This document shows positions 8,539 to 19,200 of a stretch of DNA of 32,225 bases, one piece after another (positions within the stretch are counted from its first letter, which is position 1; each line of letters begins with the position of its first letter). Source of the DNA: Chlamydiota bacterium (lineage in GTDB: Bacteria > Auribacterota > Tritonobacteria > UBA1439); contig JBAXOY010000022.1 of NCBI GenBank assembly GCA_037133055.1, positions 1 through 32,225 on the forward strand, written 5' to 3'. The notes beneath the pieces are model-generated. The model saw only the letters and a list, made by a program, of their open reading frames with translations. It had not been told where the DNA came from and made no database searches. The position numbers and the translations under genes were made by a program.

Positions 8539-10815
8539 TCAGCTCCCCAGGCCCGGCAGGAGGCCGGCGAGGAGTTCGCGAAGTTTGCCGAGGGTGTAGG
8601 GTTTCTGGAGGACGCCCGCCAGCCCCCTGTCCGAGAAACGCGCGGCCAGGTCCTCGCGGCTGTAGCCGCTCGCGAGGACCACGCGCACGCCGGGGTTGAT
8701 CCGGCGCAGCTCGTCGAGGGCCTGCATACCGTCCATGTGGGGCATGGTCAGGTCCAGAAGGACAATGCCGATCTCTGTGCCCCGCTCGCGGTAGATTTCC
8801 ACCGCCTCGTGTCCGTCGGCGGCGGTCAGGACGGTGAAGCCCATCATTTCCATCATCTGGGCGCCAAGGGCGCGCAGTGTTTCCTCATCGTCGGCAATGA
8901 GAACGGTGCCGCTGCCGCGCCAATCGCCGGCGGGCTCAGCCTCATCCTGCGCGCCTTTCACGTCCCCTGCCTCCATGGCGGGGAACAGGAACTTGAACGT
9001 GGTTCCCTTGCCGGGTTCGCTGGAGACCTTGATCGCGCCCTTGTGGGCACGGACGATGCCGAGCGCCGAGGCCAGGCCCAGGCCCCGGCCCGCGAACTTG
9101 GTGGTGAAAAACGGGTCGAAGATGCGCGCCCGCGTCTCCGCGTTCATTCCGCAGCCGGTGTCGGTCACCTCGAGGCACACGTAGAGCCCCGGCGCCAGGT
9201 CGTCCCGCAGTTCGGTCTGGCGCAGGCTCGCCTCGTCGCATCGCGAGGCGCCCACCGAGACGCCGATGACGCCGGTCGCGTCGCCGATCGCCTCCGAGGC
9301 GTTGATGATCAGGTTCAGGACGACCTGGCGCAACTGGCTCGAGTCGGCAAGAATGGGGGGGATGCCGCGCGCGAGGTTCAGATTCATGACCGCCTTCTTC
9401 GAGATCGAGGTCTTGAGCAGGTGCAGCATCTCCTCGATCAGTTCGCCGAGGTTCACCCGCTCGCGGGAAAGGGACGCCTTGCCGGAGTAGGCGAGCATCT
9501 GGCGGCACAGCCCCGCGGCGCGGCGGGATGCGGTGATGATCTCGGTAATGTCGTCCCGGGCTGCCGACATGGGTGAGATCTCCATCAGGGCAAGCTCGGC
9601 GTGGCCCATCACGGCCATGAGGATGTTGTTGAAGTCGTGGGCGATCCCCCCGGCGAGCACCCCCAGGCTCTCGAGTTTCTGCGTCTGCTGGAACTGCTGC
9701 TCCAGCTTCAGGCGCTCCGCCTCCGCCCGAGTGCGCGCGGTGATGTCCCGGAATGTCCAGAGGCGCCCGACGACGGCCTGATCGCGCCTGAGCGGGCACG
9801 AATAGCGCGTAAAAACCCGGCCATCCTTGAAAAGGAGCTCGTCGAGGGAGATGTCGTCGGACGAGTAAAGCTGTGTGACCCTGTCCATGAAAACATCCGG
9901 TTCGGCAAGCTGATCGCGCGCGTACGAGAGCAGGCGGCGATCCTCCCCGGCCCGGCGCAATCCCTCCGGTATCCGCCACAGCTCGGCGAATCGCGCATTC
10001 ATCCACATCACCCTGCCGCCGCAGTCCACGGCAAGGATGCCGTCGCCGGTGGATTCGAGGACGGCGCGCATGTGCCCTTCGCTCTCCCGGAGTGATTCGA
10101 GCAGCTTCCCATGCTCCGTCAATGCGCGGGACATCCTGATGGCGCCATAGCTCAGCGCCGATATCAGGTTTGCGAGCTTGAGGCAAAAGGTCATGGCAGT
10201 CGTGACCTTTTCCCTGCTCCCGCGCGGAACCCGGCCGAGCGCCGCGAGGTAGGCATCCTCGTCGAAGCCGTACCTCCGGGCCTGCGCACGGAAGGCCCTC
10301 TTGTCCGGCGGCACCTCCTCGAAGAAGAGCTGCCCCATGAAAAGATTGCCGAGATGCTTACCCTCCGCCATGAGGGGGGTCGAGATATCCCACAGGTTGT
10401 TCCTGCACTTGTAGACATTGAAAGTCCCGGGTTTGACATCCCGGGTGAGGATGGTGTCGCTCTCGATGCAGTTCCTGCAGGTTTCGGGGTGGACCCGGTG
10501 GAATTTGGTGCAGATATCCTGCCAGCCCGATGCGACCAGGATCTTCCCCTTGAGGTCGATGACGGCCACGGGGAATCCGGCCAGCGCGTGGAAATCATCC
10601 ATCATCGACTGGATCACCCGGGTATCGAGGATGTCGGCCAATTCCATCGTCCCGATATCACTCCCCGGCACAGGGATCTCCCCCGGTTTCACGCCGGGGC
10701 GCATATCTCCCCTCGGGTCGGACAGGTGTCTGGCGTCGCGAATGGCCTTTAGTACGGCACGGGGTCGCGCGTGGCGTTTCCCGGTCTTTAGCCGGCGGGT
10801 CGGTTGTTTGCCCAT
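8539..10815 (-). CDS. Cytoplasmic hybrid sensor histidine kinase (PocR ligand-binding, PAS, HisKA, HATPase, receiver)
   Basis: PocR motifs GWQDICTKFHR...CIESD and YKCRNNLWD; H-box AGGIAHDFNN; DTGCGM, PFFTTK, GRGLGL; receiver LLDLTMPHMDG and LQKPY. Start codon uncertain. Confidence 0.92.
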   Translation of the reverse strand: MGKQPTRRLKTGKRHARPRAVLKAIRDARHLSDPRGDMRPGVKPGEIPVPGSDIGTMELADILDTRVIQSMMDDFHALAGFPVAVIDLKGKILVASGWQDICTKFHRVHPETCRNCIESDTILTRDVKPGTFNVYKCRNNLWDISTPLMAEGKHLGNLFMGQLFFEEVPPDKRAFRAQARRYGFDEDAYLAALGRVPRGSREKVTTAMTFCLKLANLISALSYGAIRMSRALTEHGKLLESLRESEGHMRAVLESTGDGILAVDCGGRVMWMNARFAELWRIPEGLRRAGEDRRLLSYARDQLAEPDVFMDRVTQLYSSDDISLDELLFKDGRVFTRYSCPLRRDQAVVGRLWTFRDITARTRAEAERLKLEQQFQQTQKLESLGVLAGGIAHDFNNILMAVMGHAELALMEISPMSAARDDITEIITASRRAAGLCRQMLAYSGKASLSRERVNLGELIEEMLHLLKTSISKKAVMNLNLARGIPPILADSSQLRQVVLNLIINASEAIGDATGVIGVSVGASRCDEASLRQTELRDDLAPGLYVCLEVTDTGCGMNAETRARIFDPFFTTKFAGRGLGLASALGIVRAHKGAIKVSSEPGKGTTFKFLFPAMEAGDVKGAQDEAEPAGDWRGSGTVLIADDEETLRALGAQMMEMMGFTVLTAADGHEAVEIYRERGTEIGIVLLDLTMPHMDGMQALDELRRINPGVRVVLASGYSREDLAARFSDRGLAGVLQKPYTLGKLRELLAGLLPGLGS

Positions 10816-11060
10816 AGCGTCGTCCGTCTTGTGGTGCGTTCCGTCATGACGACGGGCGGGGTAAGGATGCGTGGGCGGGAAGATATCCACCGGTCCGTCC
10901 CCAGGGGCCCCATCGGCAGGGGGCGGACCTCGTGCCGCGGGCCCCGCTGCGCCGGGTCCAGGCTCCTGGGCCGCGCGACGCCGGCGGCGCCTCGATCAGG
11001 GCCGCAGCGCCCGGATCGGGCTCTCTTCCCGATGGGCGCCCGCGGCCGGGGAGCCGACCG

Positions 11061-11897
11061 TCATTCTATTATCCCGATGAAGGACCCGGAGGTGGGCGTC
11101 CCGTCGCACAGCGCTCCGTTCGAGAAGGTCCCGCTCAATGTTTCCCCTCCCGACTGCACCGTGCCGGTGTACGTCAGTCCGGCCGTGCCCCCGACGGTCC
11201 ACGTCGCGGTGGCGCCGTCGTAGGTGCCGCTGATGGCGCCTCCAACGGGCGTGCCGGTGGTGGTTTCGAAATGCCCGGAGAGCGTGCCGTCGTTTCCCAT
11301 GATGACGCATGCCGCCCACATCCCGCCCCTTCCCGCGCACGGTGTCGGAGCGGTGACGAGGTACATGCCGGTCCACGCGCCGGAGATGTCGAGGATGGGG
11401 GAGGGCGTCGGCGTCGGCATCGCGGTCGCGATGGTGAACGGGCCGCGTGCGAGCAGGAACGCGTCGCCCGTTCCCGTGATCGGCTTCTTCGGGTCGAAGA
11501 ACGCGGCCAGCACCTCGTAGCCACCGAGCGGGGCCCCGTCCGGGAGAAACATCTTGATCAGCGGGTAGGAGAACGGGGCGTTGAGGCCGGGGACGTTCGC
11601 CGCCACCGGTTTCGGCGGCGTGTCAAGGGTAAGCGCGTTCAGCATCGTCCCGTCGGGGAGCACCACCACCGCGAACGCGGTGAACTGTCGGGAGATCGCT
11701 TCATTCAGTTGAAACGTGGACTGGAAGGGGTCGCCGGGCTTGAGCCACGCGCTGCTGTTGACGATCTCGGCCGGCAGGGCCGTCGGGGTCGGGGCGGGCG
11801 TCCTTGTCGGGCAGGGCTCGATGGCGACTGACACCGCCGGGATGCAGGCCGCGAGGCACAGCGCGCATGCGCACGCGCGAAGCGTCATCTGGTTCAT
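11061..11897 (-). CDS. Secreted protein: signal peptide, Pro/Thr linker, ~115-aa domain shared with 30347..32110, Pro/Thr linker, Gly/Thr-rich beta domain
   Basis: AAGGAG RBS before ATG 11897; hydrophobic N-terminus; PTRTPAPTPT and MPTPTPSP linkers; visible alignment to the C-terminal domain of 30347..32110. Confidence 0.85.
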   Translation of the reverse strand: MNQMTLRACACALCLAACIPAVSVAIEPCPTRTPAPTPTALPAEIVNSSAWLKPGDPFQSTFQLNEAISRQFTAFAVVVLPDGTMLNALTLDTPPKPVAANVPGLNAPFSYPLIKMFLPDGAPLGGYEVLAAFFDPKKPITGTGDAFLLARGPFTIATAMPTPTPSPILDISGAWTGMYLVTAPTPCAGRGGMWAACVIMGNDGTLSGHFETTTGTPVGGAISGTYDGATATWTVGGTAGLTYTGTVQSGGETLSGTFSNGALCDGTPTSGSFIGIIE

Positions 11898-12009
11898 GGG
11901 TAGCTCCTTTTCTCGGGTGTCCCCGCGGATCCTCGGAACGGCTGGGAACCGGGTCGTGCCCCGTGGCACCACCCCGGTCCGCCCGGGAGATACACCATCG
12001 TTGGATGGG

Positions 12010-12038
12010 ATTATACGGCGGAACGGCGCGCCGTGGAA
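12010..12038 (-). promoter_or_regulatory. Putative sigma70 promoter of the 11061..11897 gene
   Basis: Minus strand TTCCAC-N17-TATAAT (consensus -10). Confidence 0.5.
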
Positions 12039-12065
12039 TACAAATGTTCTGCGGGTAGGAAGCCC

Positions 12066-12176
12066 TCACGTACATGGGGTACTGTCTGTCGCTCCGACCT
12101 CGACAAATGTGCAGGCGGATCCGGAACCCGACACCGCCAAAAGAGCCGCCGCCAGAGAAGAGATCGCCTTCATCAT
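12066..12176 (-). pseudogene. 5' remnant of a second secreted Ntn hydrolase (or a 36-aa secreted peptide)
   Basis: MMKAISSLAAALLAVSGSGSA-CTFVEVGATDSTP, continuing as MYVR in a shifted frame, parallels ASHA-CTSFRVKTEDGYVFYGR of 7343..8470. It has an AAGGAAGG RBS and its start overlaps the upstream stop (ATGA). Confidence 0.5.
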
Positions 12177-13165
12177 TGTGCCCTTCCTTTTACGCGCGTG
12201 GAGTCCCCCTCTTCCGGTATGTCCGTGCGTACGCCGAGCGAGAGACCCTGGGCAAGGACCTGGCGGGCGACCTCCCTCCAGAGCGTGACGACCGCCCCGG
12301 CGCTCTCCTGGGGGTTCATCCGCTGCCATCCCTTCAGGCTGTTGTCTATCACCCCAGGCAGCGTGATGACGGGCCGCGCGAAGCCGCGCGCATCCCCTTC
12401 CTTCCATGGCCTGCAGGGGAAGTAGCTGAACATGCCCTGGTACGGTTGCGAGCGGGTCGCGCCGTAATAGAGCCGGTAGGTGCAGCCCGGCATCTTGCTC
12501 ACCTCCAAGTCATGCGCGATCGAGTTCAGGGTGATGTCGAAATATTCGGGGGGGACCTTCCCCTTGAGCGACTCGGCGTAGTCGGCGGTGGTGTACTCCG
12601 ACCAGTCCGCCACGACGAACACCGTGTCCAGGACGAACTGCGACCCCCGCCGGTTCGAGCCGAAAAGGATGACCGAGCCCTTCTTCATGGACTGGAGCTC
12701 GGTCGGGAGGCCCTTCTTCGTGTTCTGCTTGCAGTTCCCGTAGAGAAACGCGCCCCCGTAGACGAACGGGTCGGTGTTCTGAAGGGGGGGGACGGTCCTC
12801 TCAAACTTCCCCCGCACGGGGCGGTACAGCCAGCACGGCTCGTCCGGCCCGGGCTTCTCGAATTTCTTGACGACTAGTGAAGGGGGCTCCCATTCCCCCC
12901 AGAACACCACATCTCCCTCGGCCGGTTTAGCGTCGATGGAACTGACGTACGTGGCGCGCTTTTCCATGAACTTCCTGCGGTGCATTCCCCTGTTCCAGGT
13001 CCGCTGCGTGGGGGTGTCCGGCACGTGCTCATCCCCCGGGTGATGGAACTGGACGAAGCACAGCGCGTCGGCGCTCCCGCTCTTCTCCGCGGGCTCTCCG
13101 CGCGAAGGAACGGAAATAAATACAGCGAGAAAACACGCGAATGCGATCCTCAGGGGGTTCATCAT
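12173..13165 (-). CDS. Hypothetical protein with a predicted signal peptide
   Basis: GAGGAG RBS, hydrophobic N-terminus, GC3-rich codons, and motif-like blocks FVQFHHPGDEH, FWGEWEPPS, QNTDPFVYG, GSVILFGS and FVLDTVFVV. Confidence 0.8.
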   Translation of the reverse strand: MMNPLRIAFACFLAVFISVPSRGEPAEKSGSADALCFVQFHHPGDEHVPDTPTQRTWNRGMHRRKFMEKRATYVSSIDAKPAEGDVVFWGEWEPPSLVVKKFEKPGPDEPCWLYRPVRGKFERTVPPLQNTDPFVYGGAFLYGNCKQNTKKGLPTELQSMKKGSVILFGSNRRGSQFVLDTVFVVADWSEYTTADYAESLKGKVPPEYFDITLNSIAHDLEVSKMPGCTYRLYYGATRSQPYQGMFSYFPCRPWKEGDARGFARPVITLPGVIDNSLKGWQRMNPQESAGAVVTLWREVARQVLAQGLSLGVRTDIPEEGDSTRVKGRAQ

Positions 13166-13332
13166 GTCGGTCTCCTCTGTCGCCGCGCTCTGTCGCCGCG
13201 CTCTATCGCCGCGCGGTTGCCCGGGCGACGGACTCATGCTACAGTATCACACACAGGCGTTCAGAGCAGGAAGGAATTTATACCATGCATGCACATGAAA
13301 AAGCGCGCCGGAATCGGGGCGGGATCCATCTC

Positions 13333-14652
13333 ATGAGGTCCCTGTGCCGGGCCGTCTGTATCTCCGGCCTCTTCCTCGGCGCTGCGCCCGCGCGCGCCGG
13401 CGGGCCGGAGCGCGCCGGGAAGCGGATCGACGACGTCGTGATCCTCCGCGGCAGCGAGGTCCCGGGACTCCTGGGCACGCCCGCGGAGCGGCTCGGCGGC
13501 TACGCCGTGAAGGACGGCCGCATCGAGGTCGTTCCCTTCCAGATCGACGAGCGCGACAGTTACGGGGACCTCATCTTCACGAAGTACGGGGGGGGGACGA
13601 CGGGGAAACTCGACGGGAAGCTCAATCCGATGGACGAGATTCTTTTCGCATACCGGGATGCGGGGATGAAGAGGGGAGGGGAGCCGCTTCCCGCCGGCGC
13701 TGTCGGGGGGGCCGAGGTCAGGGTGTCCGATCCGCTCGGCGGGCCCGACGCCTGGTTTTATCTCCTCGCGTTCGGGGCGAAGGCCCCCCGGTCGAGCGTG
13801 GACTACGTGAACTACGACCCGGAGAAGGATTGGGTGACCGGCCGCTACTACACCCTCGGATTCCCCTACCGGAAGGCGATACAGGTCCCGAGCTACTTCG
13901 CCCTCAACGAGGCGGCGGGCGGCAGCGGGCGGAGCATCTACGACCTGTACAAGCTCCGCCTGACCCTTGACCTCAAGCTGTTCGGGGAAGCGACCTGGAC
14001 GCAGAACGATTTCATCACGACGCCCGTCGGGTACGTGGACGGGCCCGTGCGGGTCTCCCGGCGCGTCAGCAGCGCCCTGCGCCTGGCCGGCCCCTTTCAC
14101 AGCGCGACGATCTCGAGCGACAGCTCCTACTGCCCCTACTACTGCGCATTCCCCTCACTCCTTCAGATCCCCTTCCCCCTGAGCTCGATCGCCCGCAGCG
14201 TGACCATGAGGGTCACCGACGATCTCTCCGGGGAGGCGAAGGGGATGACCTGGTGCAACGAGCGGAACCCCGAAGGGCTCCCCATCACGGGGGTGCCGAG
14301 CGAGAAGGCGAAGGCGCTCGACCGTGGCCCCTACCGGTGGAAGATTGCGCGCGGCGCGCAAGGGACGATCATGATGCTCACCCTCTTCGATCCGCGGATG
14401 GCGATGATGAGGAAGGAACTCTACTACTGCGACGACGAATCGACGCCCGACGAGCCGTGCCAGTTCAGGGGGCAGATCGCCAACTCCGGGTACGCCCTCT
14501 CCAACATCGAGTTGGTGCCCAAGGGGAATTATCTCTTCACCGTGTACGTGTTCTGCCTTCCCGGGTACAAGGCGGGAGACGAACGGGCGGCCCTCGATTC
14601 CGTCGTGCACCCGCTCAGCGTCTCGGCGGTCGCCCTTCCGGCGTCGAAATGA
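13333..14652 (+). CDS. Secreted hypothetical protein, beta-rich
   Basis: Signal peptide ending APARA, GC3-biased codons, blocks VPFQIDERD, MDEILF and YVDGPVRVSRR; divergent from 12173..13165. Confidence 0.8.
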   Translation: MRSLCRAVCISGLFLGAAPARAGGPERAGKRIDDVVILRGSEVPGLLGTPAERLGGYAVKDGRIEVVPFQIDERDSYGDLIFTKYGGGTTGKLDGKLNPMDEILFAYRDAGMKRGGEPLPAGAVGGAEVRVSDPLGGPDAWFYLLAFGAKAPRSSVDYVNYDPEKDWVTGRYYTLGFPYRKAIQVPSYFALNEAAGGSGRSIYDLYKLRLTLDLKLFGEATWTQNDFITTPVGYVDGPVRVSRRVSSALRLAGPFHSATISSDSSYCPYYCAFPSLLQIPFPLSSIARSVTMRVTDDLSGEAKGMTWCNERNPEGLPITGVPSEKAKALDRGPYRWKIARGAQGTIMMLTLFDPRMAMMRKELYYCDDESTPDEPCQFRGQIANSGYALSNIELVPKGNYLFTVYVFCLPGYKAGDERAALDSVVHPLSVSAVALPASK

Positions 14653-14766
14653 AACCGGATCCCTCTCACTCGTCGTATTCCGGCGCCGCCATGTGCGCCT
14701 GTTGCGGGTTACATGGCGCCGATGGCGCGCGCCTGAATTGTATGCGGATTTTCGCGGCGTGGAGAG

Positions 14767-14772
14767 TATAAT
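14767..14772 (+). promoter_or_regulatory. Putative -10 box upstream of the TolC-RND operon
   Basis: Perfect TATAAT in a GC-rich intergenic region; no convincing -35. Confidence 0.3.
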
Positions 14773-14891
14773 GACCTTTCCGCGGGCCTTGAGCGTGCGG
14801 CTCGGATTTTTTCCCTGTTCCCCGTGGGCGCCCATTCCGGACGTTGCCTCAGGCACGCGCACGCGATAGCGGCCGTCGAGAAGGAGAGATG

Positions 14892-16202
14892 ATGCCGAGA
14901 GCGGTGGCGCGGTATTTTTCGTGGGGTGCGTGCGCAGCGTTCCTCCTGGCGCCGCCCGCGGTCGTGCACGCCGGGGTGACGGACGCCGCGGGAGGGAGGG
15001 TCCTCACTCTCCTCGACTGCTACACCCTCGCCCTCAATCAGATGGAGACGATCGCCATCGACGCCCAGCGCATAAAGGAGGCGGAGGCCCATTTTTACCA
15101 GGCGATGGGGATCCTCATGCCCCAGGTCTCGTTCGTTTCATCCGACGTGTACTCGCGCAGGTCAGGGAGTCCCTCCTCCGAGGCGGAGCAGCCCGGACCC
15201 CACACCTACGACCGGGTGTTCGTCTTCCAGCAGACGCTCTTCAGCGGCTTCAAGGATTTTGCCTTGATGAACGCGAGCCGCTACGAGAAAAAGCAGCGGC
15301 AGCAGGAAAAGGAGCGGGCGGAGCAGCTCCTTTTCGGCGACGTCTCGGATTCGTTCTACCTCTTTCTCCAGCAGCAGGAAGATCTGGTGGCGCTCCGGTC
15401 GATCCTCCAGGCCCTTTCCGATCGGGTGCAGGAATTGACCCGGCGCATAGAGCTCGGCCGCTCCAGGAAGAGCGAGGTGGCGATGGTGCGGGTCCAGATC
15501 TTCAGCATCCAGGCGGACATCGAAACGGTCAGGGGTCAGCGCGATCTGGCTAGGGAGCTTCTGGAATTTTATATCGGGGGGCCGGTCACGGAGGTCACGG
15601 AGCCGGGCGACATCCTCGCCTCGATCAAGCCGATCGACCACTTTTACGCGCTCGCGCGGAAGCGCGCGGACATTCTGGCCGCGGAGAACGCGTTGGCGGC
15701 GGCGCGCGAAAACATCGTCGCGGCAAGGAGCGGGTATCTCCCCACGGTGAACGTGCTCGGGGAGGGGTTCACCGCCCGGGATACGTTCCCCCAGAGCCCG
15801 AAATGGGATGCGGCGATCGCGGTCAGCGTGCCCCTCTTCACGGGAACGGGGGTGCTGGGCGACGTGAAGCAGGCAAAGGCGCTGGCACGCGTGAGCGAGC
15901 TGCAGCTCCAGTTGACCGGGCGGCAGAGCCAGACGGACGTGATCGAGGCGTACACGGTGGTGCAGTACGCCCTGAGCCGCCGGGCGCTGCTCGTCAAAGC
16001 CCTGGACGCGGCGGGGGAGAACTACACCCTCCAGCGGCAGGATTACGAGCGCAACCAGGTGAACAACCTCGACGTGCTGGCGGCGATACAGAGCCTCCTG
16101 GACCAGAAGCGGAACCTGATTCAGGCCTCGAGCGTCGCGAAACGGGCGTACTGGCGGCTCTGCGTCGCCGCCGGGCGGACTGTGAAGGACGAAGGGAAAT
16201 GA
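14892..16202 (+). CDS. TolC family outer membrane efflux protein
   Basis: AAGGAG RBS (ATG at 14889 or 14892), signal peptide, LTLLDCYTLAL, QQTLFSG, ARSGYLPTVN and VSVPLFTG repeat-like motifs; ATGA-coupled to the RND gene. Confidence 0.9.
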   Translation: MPRAVARYFSWGACAAFLLAPPAVVHAGVTDAAGGRVLTLLDCYTLALNQMETIAIDAQRIKEAEAHFYQAMGILMPQVSFVSSDVYSRRSGSPSSEAEQPGPHTYDRVFVFQQTLFSGFKDFALMNASRYEKKQRQQEKERAEQLLFGDVSDSFYLFLQQQEDLVALRSILQALSDRVQELTRRIELGRSRKSEVAMVRVQIFSIQADIETVRGQRDLARELLEFYIGGPVTEVTEPGDILASIKPIDHFYALARKRADILAAENALAAARENIVAARSGYLPTVNVLGEGFTARDTFPQSPKWDAAIAVSVPLFTGTGVLGDVKQAKALARVSELQLQLTGRQSQTDVIEAYTVVQYALSRRALLVKALDAAGENYTLQRQDYERNQVNNLDVLAAIQSLLDQKRNLIQASSVAKRAYWRLCVAAGRTVKDEGK

Positions 16203-19200
16203 CCCTCTCGGACCTGTCGATCAAGAGGCCCGTCTTCGCCTGGATGCTCATGATCGGCATCATCGTCTTCGGGGCGATCGGCTTTAGGAACCTGGGGATA
16301 AGCCAGCTCCCCGACATCGATTTCCCGGTGGTCACGGTGGCCGTCACCTGGGAGGGGGCGGCCCCCGAGGTCATGGAGACCGATGTGACGGATATCATCG
16401 AGGACGCTGTGATGAGCGTCGAGGGGATCAAGGAGGTCACCTCCGTCTCCATCCAGGGCCAGGCCCAGATCACGATCGAGTTCAACCTGAACCGCAACAT
16501 CGACGTCGCTCTTCAGGAGGTGCAGACCAAGATCGCGCAGGCCCAGAAGAACCTCCCCCGGGACATCGATCCGCCGGTCGTCACGAAGACCAATCCCGAG
16601 GACCAGCCGATCCTGTTCCTGGCGCTTTCCGGGGACCGGCCGCTCAAGGACCTCGTCTATTACATCAACGACACCCTGAAAGACTCCTTCACCACCGTCG
16701 AGGGGGTGGGGGAGGTCCGCCTGATGGGGTTCGTCGATCCCAACCTGAGGGTCTGGCTGGACGCGAAAAAGATGCGGGCCCAGCAGCTCACCGTCGAGGA
16801 CGTCCTGGGCGCCATCAGCCTGCAGCACGCCGATCTCCCCGCGGGGTATATCGACAGCGGCCCGAGGGAGATCAATGTCCGGGTGTACGGCGAGGTGACC
16901 ACCGCCGGGCAGTTCGAGAAGATCGTCATCCCCGAGCGGATACGCGAGGGCCCCATCTGGAAGAGTCTCAGAATCGGCGACGTCGGCACCGTGGACGACG
17001 GGCTCGCGGACATACGCCGGATTTCGCGCTCCTGGGGGAAACTGGCCATTGGCCTCGGCATCGTGAAGCAGCGGAACACCAACGCCGTGGCGGTCGCCGA
17101 CGCCGTGCACCGCCGGATCGCGGAGATGGAGACGAGGCTGCCCCCGGGGATGCACATCAACGTGGTATTCGACTCCAGCCAGTTCATCAGGGACTCCGTG
17201 CACGAGCTGAACTACGTGCTGATCCTCTCGGTCATCCTCACCTCCCTCGTCTGCTTTTTCTTCCTGGGGTCGTGGAGCGCGACACTCAACGTCCTCCTCT
17301 CCATCCCCACCTCGCTCATGGGCGCGTTTCTCGTGATCTATTTCGCGGGGTTCACGATCAACACCTTCACGATGCTCGGCCTTTCGCTGGTCATCGGCAT
17401 CGTCGTCGACGACGCGATCATGGTGCTCGAAAACATCTCGCGCTACCGGGAGCGGGGCCTCCCCCGCGTGGAGGCCGCGCTGGTGGGGGCGCGCGAGATC
17501 ACCTTCGCCGCGATGGCGGCCTCCATCGCGATCCTGGCGATCTTCGTGCCGGTCATCTTCATGCGGGGGATCGTCGGCAGATTTTTCTTCCAGTTCGGGG
17601 TCACCATCTCCGTGGCGGTGATGTTCTCTCTCCTGGAGGCCCTCACCATCGCCCCGATGCGGTGCTCGCAGTTTCTGCAGGTTGGGCATACCACGGCGGT
17701 CGGGAAGCGAATGGACGCATTCATGGGGTGGTTCACGAGGGGCTACCGTGCCGCGCTCGCCCTGTGCCTGAACCATCGCATAAAGGTGTCGGCGGCCGCG
17801 GTCGTTATCTTTGCCCTGTCGCTGCCCCTGGCGTCGCTGCTGAAGAAGGAGTTTGTCCCCTCGCAGGACCAGAGCCGTTTTATCGCGAGATTGACCCTCC
17901 CCCTCGGATCATCCCTCGAGAATACGGACGCCGTTTTCAAAAAGGCGGAGGAATTCCTGATGAAGCGGCCCGAGGTGGCCACTATCTTCAGCGCCGTGGG
18001 AGGGGGGGGCGGCGGTCAGATAAAGGTCAACCAGGGAATGATCTACATCACCATGAAGCCGCGGCGGGAGCGGCCAAGGATCGGGGGCCGGTACGTCACG
18101 CAGCAGGACTTCATGGAGACGGTGCGGAAGGGATTCAACTCCATCCCCGGCGTCGAGCGCGCGGTGATCCAGGACCTTTCGCTCACGGGCTTCACCGCGC
18201 AGCGCGGCTTCCCGGTCGAATTCACCATCAGGGGGCCGGACTGGGCGACGCTGGGCACGATCAGCAAGGAGATGATCGCCCAGATGAGGAAATCCGGCGC
18301 GCTGACGGATATCGACACGGACTACCAGTCGGGCATGCCCGAGCTGCAGATACGCCCCGACCGCCTGAAGGCCGCCGAGCACGGGGTAAGCATCCTCTCC
18401 ATCGCCGACACCATCAACGCCATGGTGGGCGGTATCCGCCAGGGGAAATTCACCGGCCACGGCAAACGCTACGATATCAGGGTCCGCCTGGCCGAAGCCG
18501 ACCGATCGAGCCCGAAGGACATTCAGAACATGTGGGTCCGCAATCATTTCGGAGAGGTGCTGCCGCTGTCGCAGGTCGTGACCGCCACGGTCGAGCCGAC
18601 CCTCTATTCCATCACGCGGAAAAACCGCGAGCGGGCGATCAGCGTGTACGCGAACGCCGCGCCGGGGCATTCCCAGGAGGAGGGGTTGGACACCGTTCAG
18701 AAGATCGCGAAGAAGGTCCTGCCGGACCAGTACCGCGTGGTCTTCTCCGGGGGATCGCAGGCGTATAAGGAATCGTTCCAGAGTTTGATCTATGCGCTGA
18801 TCCTGGGCATTTTTGTGGCGTACATGGTGCTCGCGACGCAGTTCAACAGTTTCGTGCACCCGTTCACCGTGCTCCTGGCGCTGCCGTTCAGCGTCACCGG
18901 CGCCTTCCTGGCGCTCTTTGCGAGCGGGAACTCCCTGAATCTCTACAGCATGCTGGGTCTCATCCTCCTGATGGGGATCGTCAAGAAGAACTCCATCCTT
19001 CTGGTGGATTTTACGAACGTGCGGCGCGCGCAGGGGATGGGCATCAGGCAGGCCCTGCTGGATGCCTGCCCGGTGCGGCTCAGGCCGATCCTGATGACCT
19101 CGGTTGCGACTGTCGCCGCCGCGATCCCCGAGGCGCTTGCGATCGGGTCGGGCTCGGAGATCATGGTGCCCATGGCGGTCGCGGTGGTCGGCGGCGTGGC

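Noticed and set aside
10816..11060. Riboswitch upstream of the PocR kinase
   Set aside because: GC-rich hairpins are present but no complete motif of a known class; an Rfam scan would settle it.
11973..12068. Selenocysteine or readthrough at TGA 12066..12068, which is in frame with the downstream gene
   Set aside because: The intervening sequence contains a promoter-like TATAAT, the downstream gene has its own RBS and signal peptide, and no SECIS could be recognised.
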